Assembly (NCBI RefSeq): GCF_006345805.1 | Contig: NW_021833141.1 | Location: forward strand, 1-29,041 | Reading direction: 5' to 3' | Source: Octopus sinensis | Taxonomy: Eukaryota | DNA: 29,041 nucleotides | Shown: in pieces, positions 1 through 12,303 of the stretch | How positions within the stretch are numbered: the first letter of the stretch is position 1 | How the letters are laid out: each line of letters opens with the position of its first letter | Notes under the pieces: model-generated | What the model was told of the DNA's origin: nothing | Database searches by the model: none | The model's input: only the letters and a program-made list of their open reading frames with translations | Made by a program: the position numbers and the translations under genes

Positions 1-736
1 TTGTGTGTGTTTGTGTGTATCTGTGTGTGTGTATGTGTGTTTGCGAGCGTGCGTTTGTGCATGATTTTAAGGAGACTTTGGCTGCTATTTCTTTGAAGGC
101 CAAAGGCCTCTTATAATTTCCTTCTCGGTGTCATTCATTCGTCGTCGTTACGGTTGTTGTTGTTGTTGCTGTTGTTGTTGTTCACACTTAACCATGTTAT
201 AGCAGAACATATCATCAAAGCTTATTCCATATGTGACCATCCCGTCTTTGTCCTATTTACAGAGAATACCAAAATAATACCCAACGCGTCCATTTTCAGT
301 TCGGTACGGAGTATGTAAACGTGTGTGTATATGTACATGTGTGTGTGTGTGTTTGCATGTGTATGTGTGAGCGTGTGTGTTTGTGTGCGCGCGCGTAAAG
401 ACAGAGATTTGACTGTTATCTCTAGCAGGCCGAATGTCCTTGTATTATAGACCCTGCTGTCTTAGTTCCGGCTCCGATGCGGCATTCTGAGAATACGTAA
501 TTCTTAAGTATTACCAGACAACTGTAACGGGAGCAGCACTAGTAAGATTAAATATGATCTTCTTTACTTCTTCGGAAGTGTTTTACGGAAATATTTCAAC
601 AAGTAATGGCGTTTATATTTGACGGAAATATCACCATCTCATAATTTGAAATTAAGCCAATGACATGAAAATGTGAGGAATTTCGCAAAATTTTTTAATT
701 AAGATTTTACTTCAATGTGATGTTTTATTTATTTAA

Positions 737-1452
737 AGGCGGTGAGCTGGCAGAAACTTTAGGACGCTGGGCGATATGCCTTGTGCCTAGTGTAGAAAAG
801 AATCGTTAGCACGCGAGGGGTGGAGGCGAAATGCTAAGCGGTATTTCGTCTGCCGCTACGTTCTGAGTTCAAATTCCGCCGAGGTCCACTTTGCCTTTCA
901 TCCTTTCGGGGTCGATAAATTAAGTACCAGTTACACACTGGTGTCGATGTAATCGACTTAATACCTATGTCTGTCCTTGTTTGTCCCCTCTGTGTTTAGC
1001 CCCTTGTGGGTAATAAAGAAATAGGTATTTCGTCTGCCGTTACGTTCTGAGTTCAAATTCCGCCGAGGTCGAATTTACATTTCATCCTTTCGGGGACGAT
1101 AAATTAAGTACCAGTTACGCACTGGGGTCGATGTAATCGACTTAATACCTATGTCTGTCCTTGTTTGTCCCCTCTGTGCTTAGCCCCTTGTGGGTAGTAA
1201 AGAAATAGGTATTTCGTCTGTCTTTACGTTCTGAGTTTAAATTCCGCCGAGGATGACTTTGCCTTTCATCCTTTCGGGGTCGATAAATTTAGTACCAGTT
1301 ACGCACTGGGGTCGATGTAATCGACTTAATACCTATGTCTGTCCTTGTTTGTCCCCTCTGTGTTTAGCCCCTTGTGGGTAGTAAAGAAATAGGTATTTCG
1401 TCTGCCGTTACGTTCTGAGTTCAAATTCCGCCGGGTCGACTTTACCTTTCGT
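737..1452 (+). mobile_element. SINE-B tandem array: duplicated head plus three 184-bp body/tail units and a partial fourth
   Basis: gtatttcgtctg recurs at 841, 1025, 1209, 1393; A-box-like agctggcagaa in the head and B-box gagttcaaattc in each unit. Confidence 0.85.
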
Positions 1453-1829
1453 ATTTTCGGCAAATTGACTCGTCGACAACTTGTCTTATCTACCATTTTG
1501 TCTTACCAACATTACGAAACGAATTCTTAGCTTTCTTTAAAAGCAAGATCCACTCCAGTTCACAACATCTTCATTTCTTGGAATTATCTCCCTTGCTTGC
1601 TGTTTTCAAATTTCAAATGCACACTAGATGGAGATTTCTTTTTCAGTGTTATGAACGCTGGCATTTCGACTGTCGATATTTTGACATGTATGACGAATGT
1701 CAACATTCGTCATTTTGTCCAAATACCACCCAGTAACCAGGTACATGCAAAAACCAAACAACCCTGTTAAACCCCGTCGCCATCTTGTGTTCCATCTGAT
1801 ACACAACCGTTTGTCCCTCGACACACAAA

Positions 1830-2603
1830 TCTCTCTCTATATATATATAGGCGGAGGAGTGGCTGTGTGGTAAGTAGCTTGCTTACGAACCACATGGTTC
1901 CGGGTTCAGTCCCACTGCGTGGCACCTTGGGCATGTGTCTTCTGAAAGAAGCCCGTCGTATATATGTATATATATATGTATGCGTGTATGTTTGTGTGTC
2001 TGTGTTTGTCCCTCTAGCATTGCTTGACAACCGATGCTGGTGTGTTTACGTCACCGTCACTTAGCGGTTCGGCAAAAAGAGACCGATAGAATAAGTACTG
2101 GGCTTACAAAAGAATAAGTCCCGGGGTCGAGTTGCTCGATTAAAAGGCGGTGCTCCAGCATGACCGCAGTGAAATGACTGAAACAAGTAAAAGAGTAAAA
2201 GAGTAAAGAGTATATAAAGCTGAAGTTGTCTGTGTTTGTGTGGCAGGTTTGGTAGTCTTCAACTAACACTATCTCCTCCGAGACCCTGTGGTGCAAGTTG
2301 ACCAAAATTGAAAGTATGATAGAAGAAGACTTGCTCTTCATTCCGTAGAAGAAAAAATTCAAATCGGACCATGTTAACACCAAAAATTATTTAGATCAAA
2401 AAGGTGCTTTTTTTTTTTTCTATGAAAATCCCTATATTTTACGATTTTTTGACTGCTGTGTCGCCATTTTTCGGTGTATTTCAACCAGAAAAATGTTCAC
2501 TTAAAGAGAATAACAAGCTACATAATGCAATTTTTTTACTTTTCAAAAATTTCAATTCTAAAGGGTCGAAACAAACCCGAGCAACGCCGGGCGATACTGC
2601 TAG
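1830..2603 (+). mobile_element. Non-autonomous Helitron (about 400 bp) interrupted by SINE-A
   Basis: A|TC at 1829/1830; hairpin cccg-agcaacgc-cggg at 2576-2591; CTAG|T at 2600-2604; homologous uninterrupted copy at 27282-27674. Confidence 0.85.
1850..2212 (+). mobile_element. tRNA-derived SINE-A with internal deletion
   Basis: A box tggctgtgtggtaag, B box ggttcagtccc, central (TA)n(TG)n tract, (aagagta)n tail; many copies in the window. Confidence 0.9.
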
Positions 2604-3333
2604 TAGAATATAAAACAAAATTTAAAAGAAGGAAAAGAAAACAGAAGAGCGAAACAACATTTGTTTTTGGGAGGTTATTTTGTTATTATTATTATTTTTT
2701 TTCATTTTGCTTTTTACATTTACAAGTCAACAACAACCGTATATATTTTCAGAGAACAAAAAATAGAAAGCTTTAACAGTTGTACCCCTTCCCGGGGGAG
2801 GATCAAGGTTGAGTGAAGAGATGAAGTTGCATCTTAGAATCATGTTTTCTTCAAGAGTTTGCAAGTTTGCCAATTCCTGTCTTTTTTTTTATTTTTGTTT
2901 TTGTTTTACTATGGTTATGTCAGTATTAACATATTTAATGCAGGGCGCATTTAGAGAAGCCAACTAGAAATAATTATGCAGGACAGAAAAGGAGAGTAAA
3001 ATACAGCATTGATCAATGTCTTTTTAATTTTTTTTTCCATCTTTTTCGTTCAGCAAGTATGGGAGACAACTTCAGTCATGTTTCGTTATTATTCTGATCT
3101 CATTAGCGATTTTGTTTGTTTCGTATTTTTTCTTACGGTTATGTTAAAGAAATTAAGGAAAGGTGCAATAGTAAATTATGTAAATATTTCTTTTTTCACT
3201 TTTTTATTTGTTTATCTTGAACTCTTTTGTTTGTTTGTTCTAGTTTTATTTTTTTATTTATTTATTTGTTACTTTTTTTCGATGGTGATGAAATTATTTA
3301 TTGGTTTATTGGTTTATCGATTTAGTTCATGTT

Positions 3334-3448
3334 CTAAATGCTGATCGAGTTTGGAATGTAAATCGGATCGAGATATGTGTAAGGTGGGTTCCTGGTGCTG
3401 TTTCGTTCTCGAATGATCACTCCGATCTGTTTTAAGTCGCTCCGAAAC
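3334..3448 (-). CDS. LOX last coding exon ending in NSISI* (C-terminal Ile Fe ligand)
   Basis: Acceptor tcttttag|; AA|G completes Lys; RERN...PYTYLDP...NSISI then TAG at 3336-3334. Confidence 0.95.
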
Positions 3449-4472
3449 CTAAAAGAAGAAGAGAAAAGCAATAGAAACGTCACTGGAATTAGAAGAAAAG
3501 GGAGAAGAAAAAAAACAAAAAAGAAAACGGCTGTGTGGTAAGTAGCTTGTTTACCAACCACATGGTTCCAGGTTCAGTCCCACTGCGTGGCACCTTGGGC
3601 AAGTGTCTTCTACTATAGCCTCGGGCCGACCAAAGCCTTGTGAGTGGATTTGGCAGACGGAAACTGAAAGAAGCCTGTCGTATATATGTATATATATATA
3701 TGTATATATATGTGTGTGTATATGTTTGTGTCTCTGTGATTGTCCCTCTAGCATTGCTTGACAACCGATGCTGGTGTGTTTACGTCCCCGTCACTTAGCG
3801 GTTCGGCAAAAGAGACCGATAGAATAAGTACTGGGCTTACAAAGAATAATTCCCGGGGTCGATTTGCTCGACTAAAGGCGGTGCTCCAGCATGGCCGCAG
3901 TTAAATGACTGAAACAAGTAAAAGAGTAAAGAGTAATGAAAGAAAGAAAGGAAGAAAGGAAGGAAGAAGATTAATAAAGAATGTGGATTTGCCTCATGAC
4001 TGATTTTAAAAAATCATGATTAACAAAAATAATTAAGTGACTGAGAAAAATGATTAATTGAAAAACGTGATTGTTGGAAAATAATGTTTGCAAAAAGTGA
4101 TTGGCTGCTGAGGATCATCGATTTGTAAAATGATTGATGATTATGATTTACTGAGAAAATTTAGTTGATTGGAGAGGAAACCTGAATAATCGAAGAAAAA
4201 ACCGCTTGGTTGATTAAACTGATTGATTAGCAAAAAAATAATCGATTGACAGAAATGAGATTTGAAATAATTGATTGACTGACAAAAAAAAAAAAATTGC
4301 AAGAAAATATGATCAACAAAAATTGTTCACTTGGAGAAAAAAAAACTTATGAATCGATAAAATAAAATTCAGAGATTCACAAAAATGATTGATTTACAAA
4401 AGTGATAAGTAATTATATATGAGATTTATTTTGGCTCCTTATTCTCAGATTTCGTGCGTGCACATACATATA

Positions 4473-4554
<82 letters not shown>

Positions 4555-4856
4555 TTTATGAAAGAATGGAGTTGAACGACTTGTTAACAAATTTCCTTTA
4601 TTTTCGACATATGTTTCGAAGGCTACATATTCCTAATTCCGAGGGAATAAGGAGTACATTATGCAGATTTCTCATCAGGAAAGGAACTTATGTCGACATC
4701 AAAATGCACAAAAAGCTTTTAGCTGACTTCTCCCAAGGAGCCCATGGCGATAATGAGTGTCTGTTTATAAGGAGTGACGTCAGATGTGAATTTGCTACCC
4801 AGGTATCGGTTATCTTTCGAATTATCCTTAAGATAATTCATTCAACTACTCAAATA

Positions 4857-4898
<42 letters not shown>

Positions 4899-5743
4899 TG
4901 TATTATTAAGCGTGATGTTTAAACAAGTATATTGTTCCGCTAATTTCAATTTCGGTTTATGTGCGGTTTCATGTCCTCTTATTTCCAGACAATTAGTCTG
5001 TCCTCTCTCCTAATGACATGCCAAATTTGGGAAGATCTTGATTCTTGATTTTGTCTCTCCTTCTCATATAGAGCTGCTCTCAGTTACTATTTGGGAATTG
5101 TGACACATTCTCTACAAGCTGAAATAATTTTATAAATCAACAATTTATGTTATAAAGAATAGTAAGACCGTATTTGTCTAGATTGTTCGAACGCACGCCG
5201 CTGGCCACTCAGACTTATTTCTCTTAGCACGTTTGTTTAATCTTTACATACATGTACGTATGTGTGTGCACATCTCTCTCTCTCTCTCATATATATATAT
5301 TATATATATATATATATATACTATATAGTATCTACCGGCGTTGCTCGGGTTTTGTAAGAGAAATAACTATAAAGCATTTTAGAGAGTTAAGCCAAAAATA
5401 GCAAAAAAATGCAGTAAAAATGGAAAAAAAATGATGGTAAATTTTTTTTTTAATCGTTGACTCATCGTAGACATTTTTAGAGAGTTACTTCCCTTATATA
5501 ATAGCGAAAAAAATTCATTAAAATGGAAAACAATTATGGTAAATTATTTTTTAAATCGTAGACTCATCGTAGACGCGCGCTAACACCCAGAAGGGCTCAA
5601 TATGAATCACGACTATAAGATACCCGGTTTTGGTTAAACTGCACCGCAAAATGTGGGAGTAGTTAAGAATCTAAATCGGAGTAGACAGACACACAACTTC
5701 ACTTTTATATATAAAGATATATATATATGCATGCACATACACA

Positions 5744-5787
<44 letters not shown>

Positions 5788-8700
5788 TAAGATTCTTGTT
5801 TTTCCTGTCCTTCCCTCATCGTCTCTTTCCATTCCTATGCTACCAAAACTTATCTGTTTATTGTCTTATCTGTTTCCTTCTCCAAAACAGATCCGATGAA
5901 AAACATAACAAATATTTGCAGATAAGCGCTAAGCAGACGAAAACATTTGGTTTTCATTTTGCTCTATTTACTTCCGGTTTACCGCCGCCATTCACCGTTC
6001 GCCTTCTTTATTTTCCCTTACGTGTGGACCTACCACACTGCAGAATAGGTTGCTGCACGCACGGGTTATTCATAAACATCGGGTTCCGGATTCGAGCTGC
6101 GCTGCTTGCTCGGAAATTGTATTTTCATGTTCGTCGGATAGGCTGTGGTTAATAGTAATTGAGAAGGGCTGGGTTAAAAAACACCAACAACATGGTTGAG
6201 GATATATATGAATATAGGCAGATAAGGCGGCGAGCTGGCAGAAACGTTAGCACGCCGGGCGAAATGCGTAGCCGTATTTCGTCTGCCGTTACGTTCTGAG
6301 TTCAAATTCCGCCGAGGTCGACTTTGCCTTTCATCCTTTCGGGGTCGATTAAATAAAGTACCAGTTACGCACTGGGGTCGATGTAATCGACTGAATCCCT
6401 TTGTCTGTCCTTGTTTGTCCTCTCTGTGTTTAGCTCCTTGTGTGTAGTAGAGAAATAGGTATTTCGTCTGTCGTTACGTTCTGAGTTCAAATTCCGCCGA
6501 GGTCGACTTTGTCTTTCATCCTTTCGGGATCGATTAAATAAGTACCAGTTTCGCACCGGAGTCGATATAATCGACTTAATCCCTTTGTCTGTCCTTGTTT
6601 GTCCTCTCTGTGTTTAGCCCCTTATGGGTAATAAAGAAATATATATATGAATATAGGCAGAGGCCTGACTGCATAATTAAGAAGTTTTCTTTGCAACCAC
6701 GTGCTTTCGGTTTCAATCCCGCTGCACGGTACACTGTTCAAGCGTCTTTAACTATAGCCATCGCGAACTTGGTAGTTGGAAACTGTGCGGAAACCCGACG
6801 TGTGTGGATGTATGTCTGTGTGTGTGTATACGTGCGTGCGTTGTGTGTGTGCGTGTGTTTCTGTTTGTCTGCCTGCACACATGTCTTTGGATTTCTCCCA
6901 AAGCAGTGCTGGTTTGTTTACGTCCTTGTGTCCTAGCTGTTTGGCAAAAAGTGATCGACAGAATAAGTACGAAGCTTTAGAAAAGAGTTCAGGGAACGAT
7001 TCGTTCGAGTAAACTCTCCAGGCATTGCCCCATTATGGCCGCTGTCACATGGTAGAAAGATAGAAGAATAAAAAAAAACATAAATAACGTGCTCAGCTTG
7101 GTGGGGATGGATTGGGGTGTACCCGAAAAAGGTGGGATTGTCACGAGTGGACTATCTTTGATAGCATTCGCACGATCAGGACTGAACGACGACGAATCGC
7201 TGTCTTTATCATTATTACCACCATCACCACCATCATTCAACAACTGCCCCGACCACCACTGACGCCACCATCGCCACCTTGCACGTTGCAATGTTTACAA
7301 GGTCGGTGTCCCATGTTTATTCCGAGCGATCATCACCGAATCAAAATGTTATCTCAATACACAAACTGGGAGTGGGGACACGGCTTGAGGGCAGATAACA
7401 TTGTGTGTGTGTATGTGTGTGTGTGTGTATGTGAGAGAGAGAGAGAGAGTGAATGTGTCTGTGCGTATATGCATGCTTGCATGTGTGCGTATATTATATA
7501 TATATACGTGAGTGTGTGTAAATATACATACATATAGATCGTTAGCCACTACACACATGTTTTCTCTCCTTGTTTTCGGTGTCCCTTTCTGTAGAAGAGC
7601 ATAGGCTCGAAACGTAAAAGACTTTTTCTATTCCTGAGCGTTATACTAATACATCTGTTTGTTTTGTACACCACCTGTCTTCATCTTTTGTTGTTTTTTT
7701 TTTGTAAACTCTCCCTCTATATATATATATTCTGATTATATCCATCATTTTCTAATTAGTCCAAAGTATATGTAGACATCATAAACAGTGTGACCTCGCT
7801 TCTATGGAGGTCCATTGCTGAGAGGGGGTTCTGTTTGGGGGATCAAATATATCTTGTTGTACTTACTTGTTCACTATCGGTATAGCTTTCGGATCAAATA
7901 TATACTGTATTTCGAAGTCTCCCAAAGAATTGGTTCCTTTCGAGCTGAGAATTTTGGTAACAGTCATGATGTCCAAAGTTGTTCTTTTGTCAGGTAACAA
8001 CTTCAATATGTCTTCTTCTGTACAGGGACTCTGGAAAATATCAGAGAGGAATTACATTTTTAGTCGATAATAAACAAATGACTGCAACGTAAATGCGTGT
8101 GTGTGTGGAAATACAAGTTGTTGGTTGTGTACAGTGAAATATAATAAGAATAGCAATGATAGAAAAGTTAGTCCGAGGTAATGGAGGTATCTTTTCTTTA
8201 TTAATTATAAGAGATTTAAAAAGTCTGAATTATTCCATTACGTTCCTCATCCACTCATTTCCCCCTGTCTTTGTTCCCTTTTCGTGACCACTCGCCTATA
8301 CTCTGGCACCTCCAGCATGCTGTTGATACCACCTGGTTGAATAACGTTGCCATAGGAATCGAAATTGTAAAGATTTCAATCGGCTACTGTTGAAGGACTT
8401 AGACTTTTGTATGTCCGTCTCTACTGCGTTGTTGTTTTTATTCTAAGTCTTCGTAGTTCCTCGTTTTTTTAACACGTGACATCTTCTCTCTCTCTCTCTC
8501 TCTCTCTTATTTTCTCTTCCTCTTTACCTCTTCTAACAAGAGACGGTAGCAGACCACCTCCACCAATATCTGCACACCTGTTTCTCCCGCTCTCATCACA
8601 ATCTCTCATCACTCATGTTCACCTTTAACTTCTGCTGATTTAATGCTTTCACACCAAAACGTGATAAAAATAACAAAAAAAAGAACTCTGAAAACTTCTT

Positions 8701-9661
8701 CCCTTCCACATTTTCTCTCGCCATGATCAACTTACAGATGTTTAATCTAAATATAAACCACATCATCTTCACCAGACGCAAAAATTTATGTAAGAATAAT
8801 TACTTCGAAGGTTTACGACTTCTTTACCTTTTAGTTGTAAATTCTAGTTTTTACCTGTGAGCAATCTTGCACTTAATTGTGTTGCTAAGTAATAAACTTT
8901 GACGCCAAAAAAATTAGATTATCACAAAAAGAGAAAAAAAAAAAAGCTTTTATTTGCGCCTTCTGGAATTCTGTTCTGTAAGCGAAACTGGGGAATAACG
9001 TAAAAGGAGATTTTAGTTTGTGTTTCCCTTCATTGGGACGGGAGTTCTAAAGTTTAAACAGAAATTCTATATAATTGTTGGTGGATAAATCTAAATAATC
9101 GAGGCGTAATGGAGAACGTATAAAAACAGGACGATTTGTTTGAAATGCCGAAACGAAATCAGAATATTGTTTTAAACTTTTATACGTTTTGGTCCAAGGA
9201 GAAAAAAAAATACTTTCGTATTAAAAGCACGGGTATTACGAGGAAAAGAAGGGAAAAGAAGAAACACTTCGGCAAGATTGTAACCATGTGGTTTCAGGTT
9301 CGGTCTCACTGTGCGGCACCTTGGCGAAATGTCTTCTACTTTAGCCCCGGGCCGATCAATGCCTTGTGAGAGACGGAAACTGTGTAGAAGCCCGTCGTGT
9401 GTATGTATATATATATATATATATATTATAGACGCGTGTGTGTGTGTTTTATATTGAGGCTGAGCCAAAGCGGAAATGGTAGCTTTTGTGACCTTTCGGC
9501 TCGGGCTCCGACTCTGGCTGGTTGGTTGGAGTGGCAGGGTAGGAAGGAATACGAAACCATAACTGACAGCAGATGGCGCAGCAGTAGGAAGCAGCGAAGC
9601 AAGATAATGAGTTATCTATCTTTAGACAGGAGATGATTGAGTCGAAATGCATGTGTGTATG

Positions 9662-9699
<38 letters not shown>

Positions 9700-9773
9700 C
9701 ACACACACACGTATACTTTTATATATAAATACAAACACACACACACACACACACACACACCAACACACCACAC

Positions 9774-9820
<47 letters not shown>

Positions 9821-11352
9821 ATCCTGGCACTCCATCGGTTGCGACGACGAGGGTTCCAGTTGATCCGATCAACGGAACAGCCCACTCGTGAAATTAACGT
9901 GCAAGTGGCTGAGTACTCCACAGACGCGTGTACCCTTAGCGTAGTACTCAGGAAGATTCAGCGTGAGAAAGAATGCACCAAGACTGACCCTTTGAATTAC
10001 AGATAAAATTCCTTTTTGCCTGCTGAGCGGAGTGGAGCCACGCGCCACTGTGGATCGAACTGACGATCGTGTGAACCGAATACCCTAACCACTAAAGTAC
10101 GCGCCTTCATGCACACACACTCGCGCGCGCGCATACATATATCTATAAACACCCTCTGCCCATAGACACACGATGGGTCCTCCGTCAGTTTTGACGCTGA
10201 GCAATCAATTTTCGACAAAAAGAATTACGAACTCATAAATTAATATCTAAGTGGTTGGGTATTCCGCAGACATGTATACTTTCAACGTAAATCTCCGGCA
10301 GAATCAGTATGGCTTAATGTGTAACAAAGCCGAACCTTTTAATTACAGCCACAAACCCATTAATCTGAATCAGTCGAGTTTCTGCAGTTTTCTCCTATTC
10401 GGAGACTGTCCACCACCAACTCTCTCTCTCTATCTCTATCTATCTCTCTCTCTTTCTGTCTCTCTCTCTCTATCTATCTATCTTTTACTCTCTCTTTCTC
10501 TCTCTCTATCTCTTTTTTATCTCTTTGTCTCTCTCTTTCTCTTTCTCTCTCTATCTGTCTTTCTCTCTCTCTCTCTCTTTTTCTCTTTCTCTCTCTTTTT
10601 CTCTCTCTATATCTCTCTCTCTCTCTCTCTATCGCTCTATTTTTTCTTTCTTTCTCTCTCTTTCTCTCTCTATCTCTCTCTCTCTCTCTCTTTACAGCCA
10701 TCATTTTGACAGTCTTCACAATGTTCAAGAGGAATATTAACCGCGTTCATCTGAGCCATCTCCCAGAATTGTGGACCATGAAATCACCATCAGCACGAAA
10801 CCAATACAAAACTAAAAACAGAAGAAAACAAAAATAATTGCAGAGACATCATAAAGAGGAAAACGGTTACCTTGTCTGTAGGGACCGGCCCCTTCAAAAA
10901 GGCCGGATAATTGGCGGGAAAACCGTACTCATCGTATTGGGGGAAGTTCGACGAGGCGTGGCCTACACTACACGTGAATATTATGGATGTCAAGATTAGA
11001 ACGAGGTCCTTGACCGTTTCTATGCAGCCTTTGCCGTCTTTCATTGGAATTCCCTGTTAATAAAGAGATTAAAGGATTAGTGGGAACAATATCTTGTAAA
11101 ACAACGGTGTATGTACGTATGTGTGGAGGGGGAGTTATATTATATATATCTCCCTAATCTCCCTATTATATATATATATATATATATATATACCCCTGTT
11201 TATTTCTGTATTCCTTTCTGTCGAAGAGCGTAGGCTCGAAACGTAAAAGACTTTCTTACTTTCCGGAGCGTTAAACTAATACATCTGTTTCTTTACACAC
11301 CCGTCTTCGTCTTTTGTTTTTGTAAATTCTCACTATATTATATTATATATAT

Positions 11353-11399
<47 letters not shown>

Positions 11400-12268
11400 C
11401 CCTTCATATTACGGATACCATATTTTATCTCAGTAGATGACCACAGCATCTTGTGTTTGGCTACACCGGGTGGGAAGGGCTGTTGACACAATCGTTTCAT
11501 TCACAAATTGAATTCGGTGATACCAGTTGCGGATTCTAGCTCGCTCTGATACTGATTGAGTTGGTGCCTTCTGGTATCTCAAAATTCAATATATAATCAT
11601 TTATGATTATAGTATTCTACGCTGAAGAGAAAAGAAGTTTCGGTAAGATAGATTATTTAATATTTAATATTTAATTCTTATGCTTTCCTTAAAACTTGAT
11701 TTCGAACGTACTCCGTGATAACTAAAAAAATGTATGATAGATTGCAGTCAATTCATTCTCTCTTACCTGTTTTGTGTCTGCCTTCCAAATGCTGTTTTTT
11801 ACTGATATCTCCCTTTTTAGTAGAAGAAATAGCTATAACCCTTTGACTGCTATTTCTAAATTCGGTATGTGGTAAGGCAACTCGTTGCTAACCCTTATTG
11901 CTTAGTATATATATATAATATATATATATGTATATATACACTATATAAAGAGTGAGTGACCCCTTCGGTCATGAATGACCATAGGATAGCACCTAGAAAG
12001 TTGCCCTCCGAGGCACAAGTCCGGGCAAGGATGCTTATGGAAGACCAGCAGTTGCCCATGCATACCAGCCACCCCATCCCCACGCCACCTATTTTATCCC
12101 AGGGAAAGGCAAAGGGGCCGATACAGCTTGGCACCTGTGATGTTGCAACTCATTTCTACAGCTGAGTGAACTGGAGCAACGTGAAATAAAATGTCTTGCT
12201 CAAGAACACAACAGGAACTCAACCTCACGATCATAAACTCGACGCTCTAACCACTGAGCCATGCGCCT

Positions 12269-12303
<35 letters not shown>

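Noticed and set aside
841-1452. Regular 184-bp repeats as a possible CRISPR or conventional satellite
   Set aside because: No repeat-spacer alternation; the units are SINE bodies also found dispersed; eukaryotic context.
10690-10800. Plus-strand acceptor-like tttacag after the CT tract
   Set aside because: Following frames are short or uninformative, with no partner exons on +.
11420-11580. Short minus-strand open frame (RYQKAPTQ...) as a possible extra LOX exon
   Set aside because: The LOX peptide is already continuous without it, and it shows no motif similarity.
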